A DNA stretch of 64,000 nt, taken from positions 74,311-138,310 of the IMG/VR virus record IMGVR_UViG_3300013121_000039; one strand, given 5' to 3'. This DNA is from a virus. Its lineage: Duplodnaviria; Caudoviricetes. Each line of letters begins with the position of its first letter. Position 1 is the stretch's first letter. The notes beneath the pieces were generated by a model, which worked only from the letters and a program-made list of their open reading frames with translations, was not told the DNA's origin and did no database searches. The translations under genes and the position numbers were made by a program. Shown one piece after another: positions 46,095-55,391 of the stretch.

Positions 46095-46402
46095 TAGCCC
46101 CCCTGCTGGCGCCGGATCTCACGCCCCATGCGCCAGTCCTCGTGCATCTTCTTGAGCTTGCGCTCCCCGACGAGGGCGAGGGCCCCACCGGAGAGGGCGG
46201 CCGCCCCGACATGCCTGGCGTTCACGCCCGCGCCCTTGAAGAGGTTCTTGGCGGCGGGCACGTCGAACTTGCGCTTCACGAAGCGCTCGGAATTCTTGAG
46301 GACGGTGGAGGCCATGCGCGGCCGGATCCCGGTCCGGGTGAACCCGCCGGCCGCGATCTTGGTCAGCTCGTCCATGAAGGCCGACACGATGCTCTCGTTC
46401 AC
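46094..46402 (-). CDS. Putative internal virion protein
   Basis: AFMDELTKIAA N-terminus, Gly/Ala hydrophobic segment; AGGAGG SD. Confidence 0.6.
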   Translation of the reverse strand: MNESIVSAFMDELTKIAAGGFTRTGIRPRMASTVLKNSERFVKRKFDVPAAKNLFKGAGVNARHVGAAALSGGALALVGERKLKKMHEDWRMGREIRRQQGG

Positions 46403-46459
46403 AGAAACCTCCTAGTCTTCCGAGGATACACGGGGCTTTCTCCCGTGAGAACGGGAGAG

Positions 46460-49400
46460 TTACCCCACGAATCCCAGACCCCGGTCCTTCAAGGCCAGGC
46501 GGTACTCCTTCACCCTGGCGAGCTTCTGCCACCGCACGTCGTAGCTGGCCTTCAAGGCTTCCGCCTGGGACCGCCCCATTCGCGCGAGGACTGCGTTGTC
46601 GGTCAGGCCACAGAGGTTCTTCTGCTCGACGCAGGCCTCGTGGACCGAGAAGGTGTGGAACCCGGCCGCCCCCTTCACCACGGAGACCGTAGAGCCGGAG
46701 ACCTTCAGCACCAGGTCGTAGGAGCCGAGCAGGTCCCTCTTGGTGGCCACTGGCCGCCTGGTGTACGTCTCGACGAACTCGTCGACGTCCAGCTTGGCCA
46801 GACGCACCTTGCCGTAGGTGAAGGCGAGGAGGTTCACGGCCTTCTCGATGGAGACGAGTCCCTTCTGCATCTCGATGGTCCGCAGACGCTTCTTCAGGGC
46901 CTCCGTCTCCTCGCCGGGCATGACGAAGACCCCGTCCGGCTCATCCTGCTCTACCGGACCGACCTCCAGCACCAGGTCGTCCACGATGGAGCCGCAGCCG
47001 AAGAACTTCTGGTAGACCTGCTTCCCCACCTTGTTGTTGTCATACGAGGAGGACAGCCAGGTGGGCTGGACGGCGTACTCGAATGGCACGTCCTCTGGAG
47101 CAGCTCCGGTCGGCACCGCCACCGTCTCATAGACCATGATGCGGTCGTAGTAGTAGGACTTATCGAGCTCCTTGTACCCGCCGAAGACCTCGATGAGCTT
47201 CACGGTTCCGCCGTGGAACCCCTTGGAGCCAATGGACACCCGACCGCCCTCGGTCGGCACCTTGATGACCTTCCCGGTCATCGACGTCGTCTCGGTGGTC
47301 GCGTTGGTGGCGGCCTCCCGAGAAGCGGCGTCCTTGGGCACCTGCACCTCGACCGGCTTCTTCACCGCTACCTTCTTCTTCTCCAGGATCTCGACCCCGT
47401 CCTTGACTGCCTTCCTGGAGTAGGACAGCTCCGACTCCGTCAGGTACCTCTTCGCCGTGACCAGGTCCGTGTTTCCCACGGCCGCCGCGTTCTGCGGCGT
47501 GCAGTCTCGAAGGAACTGGAGGAGCTTCTTGTCCTTCTTGGCCTCGGTGAGCGAGACGACGTACCGAATGGTCTTGTAGAAGGCCCCGCTCTCCCGCGTC
47601 TTCGCGACCACGCTGCCGACGAACTCATCGTCGATGCCGAGGTGGTTCCTGACGTGGCTCAGGGAGAACGTGGTGGAGCCGCCGTCCTGTCCGATGGAGT
47701 GGCTGATGCCTTCGACCATACCGAGGAACTGCGGAGGCGCCCCCAGCTCCCGGGCCGGGTCCTTGGCGCCTCGGATCTTCTGGACCGGGTCCTCCCCGGC
47801 CCCCAGCTTACGCAGGTAGAACGGCTCGTTGATGACCAGGGCAGGGAAGCCGCAAGCGAGGTAGGGCATGAACCGGCCTGCGCCGTTCAGGGTGCGCGGT
47901 CCGATGCGGTACTTGAAGAAGTGGTGCAGCCCGACTCGCTGGGTCCAGGTGATGGTGAGGTTGTTGAGTTTCTTGGCGTCGGCCGGATCTCGCCCGCGCA
48001 GGGAGCCGTTGGCGAAGGAATCTGGCAGCCACTCCTCGCGGGCCACAATGCCTGTGTGGAGCTCGTGGTCCATGAGGACGCGCCACTTGTCCTTGATCAC
48101 CTTGGCCGCGGCGCTCGTCTCATTCCTCAGCGACGGCTGGAGGAACTGGTTGGCCGTGAGGTAGTCCTGCCCGGTCACCATCGAGTGCTGGAAGATGGCG
48201 ACGCGCGTGGTCTCGTCGATCAGACTCCGGTCGTAGGTGATCTGCGTGTACTGCTCCGGGAAGATCACGTTGCAGGTCGGAGGGGCAGCCATGTAGCAGT
48301 CCGGCCTGAAGATCTGCGTCCTGAGACGCTGCTGCCCGCTGACGTAGTGCGTGCTGCCAGGCACGTCGACCGTCTGCTCGAAGGCCGCTTCGATCTGCGT
48401 CCTGAGCCCCTTGAGGTACAGGAGCGCCGTCTTCTGGCGCGTGACCACCTCTCGGTCATTCTGCTGATCGTTCTTGCTAGCCAGTGCTGCGAGAGACTCC
48501 AGGTACTGCGAGACCGACTTCGCCTGGGCGTAGAGCTTCCCCCAGCTCACCATCTTCGGAAGCATCTCGTCCCGCACCGTGATGGAGTACGTGGAGAGCG
48601 TGGGCCCCGGCAGTCTCTCATCTCCTGCGGACTGGAGCAGCGCCATCCCGTTCTGAAGCACGACGCGGACAGCGTTGATGAACGGCGACTTGAGGAGCTT
48701 CTCCTGGTGTGGGGGGACCTTGACCGGCTTCTTGTCGAAGGATGGGTCGAACTTCGCAACCGGGTTGGGGACCACCTGGTAGTAGACGTACTGGCAGAGC
48801 AGCTTGAACATGTCGCGCAGCGAGATCTGTCCGGACTGGCCCTGGAGGTCGTTGTAGAGCCACTTCCAGAAGACCTGCACGGAGAGCACGTTCTGCGCCG
48901 TCGAGTCGTTGTCCTCGGCCACGATCTGGCTGAGGAGGTGGGCCCGCAGCTCTGCGATGGTGAAGAAGTCGTTCACGCCCAGCGAGTGGTTCCGCAACCC
49001 GCCCATGATCTCCATGAGCGCGATGATGCCGCCCGCCAGGCCCTTCACGTCGGTGAGGCCAGGAGTCTGCGGCTTCGAGAGGATCCAGGCCCGCAGCTGC
49101 TCTCCCTGGCTCTGCGTCGGGACGTTGGCGAAGAGTGCCTCGTTGGAAGCGTAGAGGCGGCCGCGCGAGACGAAGGCGTTGCCCTGGGGGCCGTAGTCCA
49201 TCATCGTCGCCTGGAGGAAGTCCCAGTACGAAGAGAAGTCGAGGCACTGGAGGACCACCGCCCGGTTGATGGGCGTCTTCACATAGGAGAAGCCGGCGAA
49301 CTCTCCCGAGAAGAGGAGCTTGTAGGCCGAGTCGGAGAGCTCGGTGTCCCCGCCGTCCGCCGCCCGCAGGTCTGCCAGGGAGACCCGTCCCGCCTTCTCC

Positions 49401-49597
49401 ACCCCGGCAGAGGGTTCTTCCAGGAAGAAGAGGTGCACCATGGTCCGCGCCTTGAGCTGGAGCACCTCGGGCAGCGGTACGACCTGGATGGCCGCGGCGG
49501 CCGGCGCGAAGACGTTGGCCGTGACCTGGGCGGAGATGACAGGCACCTCCAGGCCCTCCAAGAACAAACGCAGGTGGAGCGGCTTCGCCAGGCTCAC
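46460..49597 (-). CDS. Baseplate hub/tail protein (1045 aa)
   Basis: LRLFLEGLEVPV...; GFPALVI...GMVEGISHSI hub-like strands. Confidence 0.65.
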   Translation of the reverse strand: MSLAKPLHLRLFLEGLEVPVISAQVTANVFAPAAAAIQVVPLPEVLQLKARTMVHLFFLEEPSAGVEKAGRVSLADLRAADGGDTELSDSAYKLLFSGEFAGFSYVKTPINRAVVLQCLDFSSYWDFLQATMMDYGPQGNAFVSRGRLYASNEALFANVPTQSQGEQLRAWILSKPQTPGLTDVKGLAGGIIALMEIMGGLRNHSLGVNDFFTIAELRAHLLSQIVAEDNDSTAQNVLSVQVFWKWLYNDLQGQSGQISLRDMFKLLCQYVYYQVVPNPVAKFDPSFDKKPVKVPPHQEKLLKSPFINAVRVVLQNGMALLQSAGDERLPGPTLSTYSITVRDEMLPKMVSWGKLYAQAKSVSQYLESLAALASKNDQQNDREVVTRQKTALLYLKGLRTQIEAAFEQTVDVPGSTHYVSGQQRLRTQIFRPDCYMAAPPTCNVIFPEQYTQITYDRSLIDETTRVAIFQHSMVTGQDYLTANQFLQPSLRNETSAAAKVIKDKWRVLMDHELHTGIVAREEWLPDSFANGSLRGRDPADAKKLNNLTITWTQRVGLHHFFKYRIGPRTLNGAGRFMPYLACGFPALVINEPFYLRKLGAGEDPVQKIRGAKDPARELGAPPQFLGMVEGISHSIGQDGGSTTFSLSHVRNHLGIDDEFVGSVVAKTRESGAFYKTIRYVVSLTEAKKDKKLLQFLRDCTPQNAAAVGNTDLVTAKRYLTESELSYSRKAVKDGVEILEKKKVAVKKPVEVQVPKDAASREAATNATTETTSMTGKVIKVPTEGGRVSIGSKGFHGGTVKLIEVFGGYKELDKSYYYDRIMVYETVAVPTGAAPEDVPFEYAVQPTWLSSSYDNNKVGKQVYQKFFGCGSIVDDLVLEVGPVEQDEPDGVFVMPGEETEALKKRLRTIEMQKGLVSIEKAVNLLAFTYGKVRLAKLDVDEFVETYTRRPVATKRDLLGSYDLVLKVSGSTVSVVKGAAGFHTFSVHEACVEQKNLCGLTDNAVLARMGRSQAEALKASYDVRWQKLARVKEYRLALKDRGLGFVG

Positions 49598-49605
49598 GGA
49601 GGCTC

Positions 49606-51033
49606 CTACGGCACCGAGGAGAGAGACACCTTCAGGTTCTGGAGCTGGGCGATGGAGGACGTCGAGAGGTTCTCTTGCAGGAAGGAGTTCGTATCCGTCC
49701 CTGACCGGTTGACGGCATCGTCGATGAGGGCGAGGTCTCCCAGCGCCTCCGTACCTCCGGCCACGATGGGAGAGGCGGCGTCCAGGGCGACGTTGACCCC
49801 TTGGACACCGCCCCGCACAGTCGACCTGGCCGAGCTGATGACCTGCATGCCGACATCCGTCTTGGCCGCGAGACCGATCACCGACGCCACCTGCGCTGGT
49901 GGGACGATGAAGCCGCGGTCGGCCCACCGCTGCGCCTCCTCGGCCATGACCTGCTCGTTGCGGAGGTAGGCGGACCAGCCCGAGAACGTGTCTGCCATGG
50001 CACGGCCGTAGGCGGTCGATGAGGACTCGTAGACCGGCTCGGCGCCCACGAACTCGTCCGCGTTGTCGCCGAAGGTCGTGTAGCGGATGACGGTGCGGCC
50101 GATGAGACCGGCCGGCTCCTCGGCGAGCTTCACCGGCTCGTCGTCGAAGACCGTGGCGCCGAGGAAGCCCACCGGCACCCTCACAGGGTTGCCGAGGATC
50201 GAGTCGATGGAGCCGGAAGCGTTGTTGACGATGGAGTGGACCTTGGACCAGGTGTTCTGGACCACCCGCAGGGCATCCGTCGCGATGGCCTCGATGAGCG
50301 AAGGGTTCGGCCGGCCGCTGAAGTCGGCGATTCCACCCCTCGGCACCAGCATGGGCCGGTACTCGCTGTCGCTGTAGAACGAGGTGAGAGGGGCCTTGTC
50401 CGACTGCTTGGCGTTCGAGTCTCCGACCTTGGCGAGGTCGATGTAGTCGAGCACGAAGAGCTGGAACGTGAGAGGGACGTAATTCCTCTCCTGCGCCTGC
50501 TTGGAGGAGGCGCAGGAGAGGATGTACCCGGCCACCATCGTCTTATCGAAGGTGAGGTACACCCTGGCGTCGTTCTGCACGCACTTCGTGCCGCGCAGGT
50601 AGTTGTCGTAGTTGTGCCACCACTCGGCTTCCCAGTTGAAGTCGAAGGTGTTGAGCAGCACACCCTGGATGGTCAGGACCCTGGGGCGCTCGCCGAAGAA
50701 GAAGATGTAGGCCTCGCCGAAGGTCTCCAGCACCTGCTGCTTCTCAGCCCTCTCTTCGGAGACGCTCTGGATGAGGAAGTTCGTGTAGTCGTAGGACGCT
50801 GTCTTGTCACCGAGCTTGAGGTCGTAGCCCGGCGCTGCGCCGGCGTTGACGAGCGGCAGCGGGGTCCCGTCCCCAAGCATGAGCCGCATCGTGGCGTAGG
50901 TGTCCTCCCGCAGCTCGATGCCGCGGGTGGGCCTGCGGACGTTGCCACGGCCGTCCATGTTCGGCTTCCCGAGCCGGGCAACCTCGGACTCGGTGGTCTT
51001 CTTGAAGCGGTCGGGGATGACGGCGACGATCAT
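49606..51033 (-). CDS. Tail-tube-initiator-like protein
   Basis: NFLIQSVSEERAEKQQVLETFGE.YIFFFGERP; after tape measure. Confidence 0.6.
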   Translation of the reverse strand: MIVAVIPDRFKKTTESEVARLGKPNMDGRGNVRRPTRGIELREDTYATMRLMLGDGTPLPLVNAGAAPGYDLKLGDKTASYDYTNFLIQSVSEERAEKQQVLETFGEAYIFFFGERPRVLTIQGVLLNTFDFNWEAEWWHNYDNYLRGTKCVQNDARVYLTFDKTMVAGYILSCASSKQAQERNYVPLTFQLFVLDYIDLAKVGDSNAKQSDKAPLTSFYSDSEYRPMLVPRGGIADFSGRPNPSLIEAIATDALRVVQNTWSKVHSIVNNASGSIDSILGNPVRVPVGFLGATVFDDEPVKLAEEPAGLIGRTVIRYTTFGDNADEFVGAEPVYESSSTAYGRAMADTFSGWSAYLRNEQVMAEEAQRWADRGFIVPPAQVASVIGLAAKTDVGMQVISSARSTVRGGVQGVNVALDAASPIVAGGTEALGDLALIDDAVNRSGTDTNSFLQENLSTSSIAQLQNLKVSLSSVP

Positions 51034-51239
51034 CTCTCCACCCCGGTCCTGATGAGGATGTCCCGGATGTCACGGCTGACGCGGTGCTCCGGGTGCTCCA
51101 CGCCGTTCGCGAGCTCGGCCGCACGCAGCCTCATCTCCACGACGAGAACGTCCTCGATGGTGGGATTGTCGAGAACGAGGACGGTGTGGGGCCTCCCGTC
51201 CAGCACGACTTGGGAGCGGATCTCGGTGCGGAATGGCAT
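51030..51239 (-). CDS. Hypothetical protein
   Basis: Packed ORF. Confidence 0.5.
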   Translation of the reverse strand: MPFRTEIRSQVVLDGRPHTVLVLDNPTIEDVLVVEMRLRAAELANGVEHPEHRVSRDIRDILIRTGVER

Positions 51240-51241
51240 CG

Positions 51242-54200
51242 CTAGGAGCCCTTGCCGTTCTGCGGCGACTTGCCGTTGATGGCGTCACGGTTGGCTGTGT
51301 AGTTCGTCCGCTCGTCGACCTTGACGTTGAAGTGGTCAGCGATGCCGAGAAGGGCGGACGTCATCGTGCGGAAGAGCACGATCTGCTCCTTCTCCTTGGC
51401 CTCCTTCATGGAGGCGCTGGAGGTCGCAGCAGCCGTCCGGCCGAGCACGTCTCGCCCAGACGCCTGGGTCAGCTTCTCCACAACAGAAGCGTCGAGGCCG
51501 ACGATGTCCTTCGCGCCTCCGACACCGGTGAGACGGGCGATGGTGTCGGCCCCCAGGCCGGTCTTCTCCATCAACTCGGCCACCGTCGCGGAGCCCTTGC
51601 CGACCAGCCCCTGCAAGTTCTTGGAGGTCGTCTGCCTCTGTTCGATGGCGGCTCGGACGATGGACGGCAGGCCGCCGAGGGTCGACTTCTGGTCTGCCTT
51701 CGACAAGGAGTTGTAGGCGGAGACCGCCTTGTCGAGCGACTGCATGGCTCCGCCAGCGTCACCCTTGCTGAGAGAATCCGAGAGCGAGGAGAGGACGCTG
51801 CTGAGGGGGCCCTTGGAGGTGCCGGCTGCCCCTGCGACGTCCGAGGCCATGTCCTTCAGAGCGCCCTGGAAGGCCAGGTTGTCGGCATCGGAGAAGGCGG
51901 CTCCAGCGCGGCCGAGGACGTCCTTGGTCGACTCGCCCCACCGCAGCGTGAAGCTGCTTTCCTTGTCGAGCGCCGCGTTGACGATGTCCCACTCGTCCCC
52001 GGACAAGGAGACCTTGCCCCCAGTAGCGCGACGGAGTGCGGCGCTGTCCTTCTTCCGCAGAGCGTCTCGAACAGCTGCCCCGTTCGGCCCGCCAGCGAAG
52101 GCCTGGGTGACGGCCTCTCGGATGTTGGAGTTGGCCGACATGGCCCCGGCGCCCTCAGACCCGAACAGACGGCGAAGGTCGCTCTGGGCATCTCGCAGGT
52201 TCTTGTTGACCGTGTTGACGTCCAGCGCCTTCACCTCCCGCTGGAGCGCCCCCTGCATGTCGAGCACGCCTCCCGCGGCCTTGTTGCCGGCCCCCAGCAG
52301 GTAGGTCGCCGCATCCATGATCTGGGTCTCGACACCGTTCGCGTCCCGCCGCGACAGCCTGCGCTGGATGGACGACAGAGCGTCCTGGGTTCGGGCGTCG
52401 CCCTGGACGGCCTCTCTGGCCATCTCGAACTTCTTGGTGTCGGTGGCGTCGCGGAACTCCTTGCTCTCGTAGAGCTCGTTGATGATGCGCGCCGCCGCGT
52501 CTCGGCCATGGGTCTCCGACTCCCCCACGATGGCCATGTTGCCCTTCTGGAGCCACGCCGCACGAGAGTTCACGCCCTCGGCCGACGTCACACCCAGCAT
52601 CTCCTTGTAGCGGTCGAGCTGGGCGGCCTCGGTCCGTCCCGTGTCGTTGTCGCCGCGCATGACGAAGGCCCCGAACTCCGTGGAGCGGAGCCATCCTGAA
52701 GCCCGAGACGTGAGGGAGCCTCCTCCGCCCAGCTGGGGACCCGCGCTGACCTTGGCCAGGCGCTTCAGGTCACCACTGGCCATCGCCGTCCGGAACTCTT
52801 CCCGAGCCGACTTCGTTGCCGTGATGATGGCGTCGTTCTGAACGTCTGCCAGGATTTCCTCGATGTAGGTCCCGATCCCCGTCGAGAACTCTGCGCCAGC
52901 CTCACGGAGAGGCTCCATGAGCGAGTTCTGGAGCCTCTTGCTGAGACGCTTGCCGATGCCCTGGGCCGAGCCGTACTCCCGACGCATGGCCTGTCTCTTC
53001 ACCATCTCGGCCACAGCGCGCCGCTCTTCTCCGACCCCAGCCCCATTCTCCTTGAGCAGGGAGGTGATGAGGTCCGCCTGCTCCTCGGAGGCCCCGTACT
53101 GCGACTGGAGGATGTAACCCGCTGCCTCCGTGTCCGTCCCAAGCGCGCCCTGGAGCAGCTGGAGCATCGCTTCTCCACCGCCCATCGAGGCGAACTGCTG
53201 GCCGAGCTTGGTCTGGTGCCTCTCGAAGGCGATGACGTTCTTCCGGTTGCCCATCATCTGCCGGCCACGCTGGCGGATGTCGTCCATCGAGAGGTTCCCG
53301 GCGAGGTGCTGCCTCATCAGGTCCTCGTCGATGCCCACCTCGCCGTTGGGCCCCACCTTCATCATGCCGGCCAGCATGAAGCGGCCCGGGCCGGACCCCG
53401 CCACGCGCATGCCGAAGTTGGCGAGCATGCCGGCGGCGTCGCCGATGCCCTCTTCCCCAACCTTCCCGGTGATGTTCGCGATGGTCTCCTGGAGCCCGAC
53501 GTTGCCTCGCACCGCCGCACCGAGACGCTGTGCGATGTTGGTGACCGCCTGGGCCCCCAGCCGGCGAGAGCCGCCGATGGCCGTCCCGAACGCCGCCCCC
53601 TGCTCCTGCATGGCCATGACCTGCTCCTGCGTCATCCCAGTCATCGACTGGGTGACACGGGTATTCATGGCGTTCACGAGCTGGTCCTTGCGTCCGAAGA
53701 AGCCGACTCGCTGAGAGTGAGCGAAGAACTGGGTGGCCTCCTCCATGGTCGAGCCGATGACCCTGGAGATGTCCCGGACGGTGGTGATGGCCTCCTTCAT
53801 GCGGCGGCCGAACTCGTTGGCATCCCGCACGCCTTGCATGACGCCGGCCTGCTTGAGCTGCGGCAGGATCCGAGTGACCTCTTCGAAGCTCGTCATGAGC
53901 TCCGGGATCATCTGGAGCTGCCGGATACGAGAGCCGATCTGCGCTGCGTCTTGACGAGAGAACCCGGCCCCCGTCATGGAGGCGGGGTTGGCGAAGTTGT
54001 AGTTGCCGACGGCCGTGTTGGCGAGAGCCTGTTGATGCATGCCGGTGGCGAACGACGTCATGCCATGCGCCGCAATGGCCACGGGCGCTGCCATGAGCCC
54101 AGCGGCACCAAGAGACGCGCCCATTCCGAGACCGGCTGCTCTCGCTGCCATGTACCCGGAAGCGGGGTTGAACATCGGAGACGTCCCGCCCAGCATCGAG

Positions 54201-54481
54201 CCGATGAACGGAGTCGCTGACGCGGCTCCGGCCATCATGGCGTTCGCCCGGTTCCCGACGCCGTACCCGTAGGCGCCCCCGTAGTTGAACGCCCCTGGCA
54301 TGTGCTGCCCAGGGGCGACCGGCATCGCGGGCTGTCCCATCATCGGGGACGTGCCCCAGCCACCCATCCCGCCTCCGTAGGCGAGAGGGTTGACTCCGGC
54401 CTGGGCAGACATCGCCTGCTGCTGGAGGAACCAGTTGTTCTGGTCCGAGATCTGTTGAGCGATTTCTGAGGAAGTGGCCAT
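51242..54481 (-). CDS. Tape-measure-like protein
   Basis: 1079 aa A/G/M/Q-rich helical protein heading the tail module. Confidence 0.65.
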   Translation of the reverse strand: MATSSEIAQQISDQNNWFLQQQAMSAQAGVNPLAYGGGMGGWGTSPMMGQPAMPVAPGQHMPGAFNYGGAYGYGVGNRANAMMAGAASATPFIGSMLGGTSPMFNPASGYMAARAAGLGMGASLGAAGLMAAPVAIAAHGMTSFATGMHQQALANTAVGNYNFANPASMTGAGFSRQDAAQIGSRIRQLQMIPELMTSFEEVTRILPQLKQAGVMQGVRDANEFGRRMKEAITTVRDISRVIGSTMEEATQFFAHSQRVGFFGRKDQLVNAMNTRVTQSMTGMTQEQVMAMQEQGAAFGTAIGGSRRLGAQAVTNIAQRLGAAVRGNVGLQETIANITGKVGEEGIGDAAGMLANFGMRVAGSGPGRFMLAGMMKVGPNGEVGIDEDLMRQHLAGNLSMDDIRQRGRQMMGNRKNVIAFERHQTKLGQQFASMGGGEAMLQLLQGALGTDTEAAGYILQSQYGASEEQADLITSLLKENGAGVGEERRAVAEMVKRQAMRREYGSAQGIGKRLSKRLQNSLMEPLREAGAEFSTGIGTYIEEILADVQNDAIITATKSAREEFRTAMASGDLKRLAKVSAGPQLGGGGSLTSRASGWLRSTEFGAFVMRGDNDTGRTEAAQLDRYKEMLGVTSAEGVNSRAAWLQKGNMAIVGESETHGRDAAARIINELYESKEFRDATDTKKFEMAREAVQGDARTQDALSSIQRRLSRRDANGVETQIMDAATYLLGAGNKAAGGVLDMQGALQREVKALDVNTVNKNLRDAQSDLRRLFGSEGAGAMSANSNIREAVTQAFAGGPNGAAVRDALRKKDSAALRRATGGKVSLSGDEWDIVNAALDKESSFTLRWGESTKDVLGRAGAAFSDADNLAFQGALKDMASDVAGAAGTSKGPLSSVLSSLSDSLSKGDAGGAMQSLDKAVSAYNSLSKADQKSTLGGLPSIVRAAIEQRQTTSKNLQGLVGKGSATVAELMEKTGLGADTIARLTGVGGAKDIVGLDASVVEKLTQASGRDVLGRTAAATSSASMKEAKEKEQIVLFRTMTSALLGIADHFNVKVDERTNYTANRDAINGKSPQNGKGS

Positions 54482-54580
54482 GGGGCGCAGAGCGTCGCGA
54501 GGCCGGTCTAGGGTAGCAGTCGCCCCCTACAAGGCCAAGGGTTTCGACGTCATAAGAAAGGGAACCCTCAGGAGGCTCAC

Positions 54581-55087
54581 ATGCTCGGCTTTCTTGTCCT
54601 CGCCAGGGCCGTCTTCAAGATGTCCCCAGTCGGCGCGGCCCACTCCACCCTCAAGCACTCTTCCCGCACGGCCGAGGCCTACCGGCGGATGGCCAACCTC
54701 CGTCTCATCGAAGAAGAGCAGCGTCTCGGGCTGAATCGAGAAGAAGAGGCCTTTTCGCTCCGCCAACACGGTGAGCGAGAGCAGCTCTTCCCGTTTCGGC
54801 TCGCGGCCGAGAACTTCCCAGGCTTCGAGAAGCTCCTCGGCCAAGACCTGACCGGCGAGTACCTCTGGAAGCTCTCGGAGTGGAACGAGCTCTCGCACTG
54901 GCTCCAGGTCCTCTACCTGAACAGCACCCGGGAGAAGAAGATCGGCGCAGGTCGGGACGGCCGCTGGCTGCTCCAAGTGGGCCAGGCTCGGTGGAAGGTC
55001 AAGAAGCTGAAGGAGGACGCCTTCGCGAACGCGGCCAAGTTCTCCGACATGCTCACCAACTACGACTTCATCATCCGAGAAAACTGA
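54581..55087 (+). CDS. Hypothetical protein
   Basis: AGGAGG SD, CATAAG upstream. Confidence 0.7.
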   Translation: MLGFLVLARAVFKMSPVGAAHSTLKHSSRTAEAYRRMANLRLIEEEQRLGLNREEEAFSLRQHGEREQLFPFRLAAENFPGFEKLLGQDLTGEYLWKLSEWNELSHWLQVLYLNSTREKKIGAGRDGRWLLQVGQARWKVKKLKEDAFANAAKFSDMLTNYDFIIREN

Positions 55088-55104
55088 GAGCGGAGGTCGT
55101 CATA

Positions 55105-55153
55105 AGACGCCTACCGACACACGGCACTCTTCGCCATGTGTCGGTAGGCGTCT
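55105..55153. repeat. 17-bp perfect inverted repeat
   Basis: AGACGCCTACCGACACA / TGTGTCGGTAGGCGTCT. Confidence 0.9.
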
Positions 55154-55341
55154 CGAACAGCTCTCGCTTCTTAGCTATTCGTGAAATCACGCCGACTGTT
55201 GTCACTGCCTTCCAGCGGTAGTAGAAGGGCAGGCACGCCTCAGCCCCTGCAAGGCTGGCGTGCAAACAAGGGGACGCCCCCGTGCGCAAGCTCTATCCCG
55301 CCCCGGCGGGCTCGCCCATCCTCGCCCTCCAGTAGCTCACC

Positions 55342-55376
55342 AAGGCCCTACCTCCCCACCGAGGTCGGGCCTTTTT
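55342..55376 (+). terminator. Terminator-like hairpin in RNR leader
   Basis: AAGGCCC...GGGCCTTTTT 15 nt before the ATG. Confidence 0.65.
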
Positions 55377-55391
55377 ACGTTCGGAGTCACC

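Noticed and set aside
46142-49969. Very long opposite-strand ORFs (also 22186-24306, 26389-28914, 33662-36406, 55293-58028)
   Set aside because: Shadow ORFs produced by strong GC3 bias of the real genes on the other strand; composition is not protein-like.
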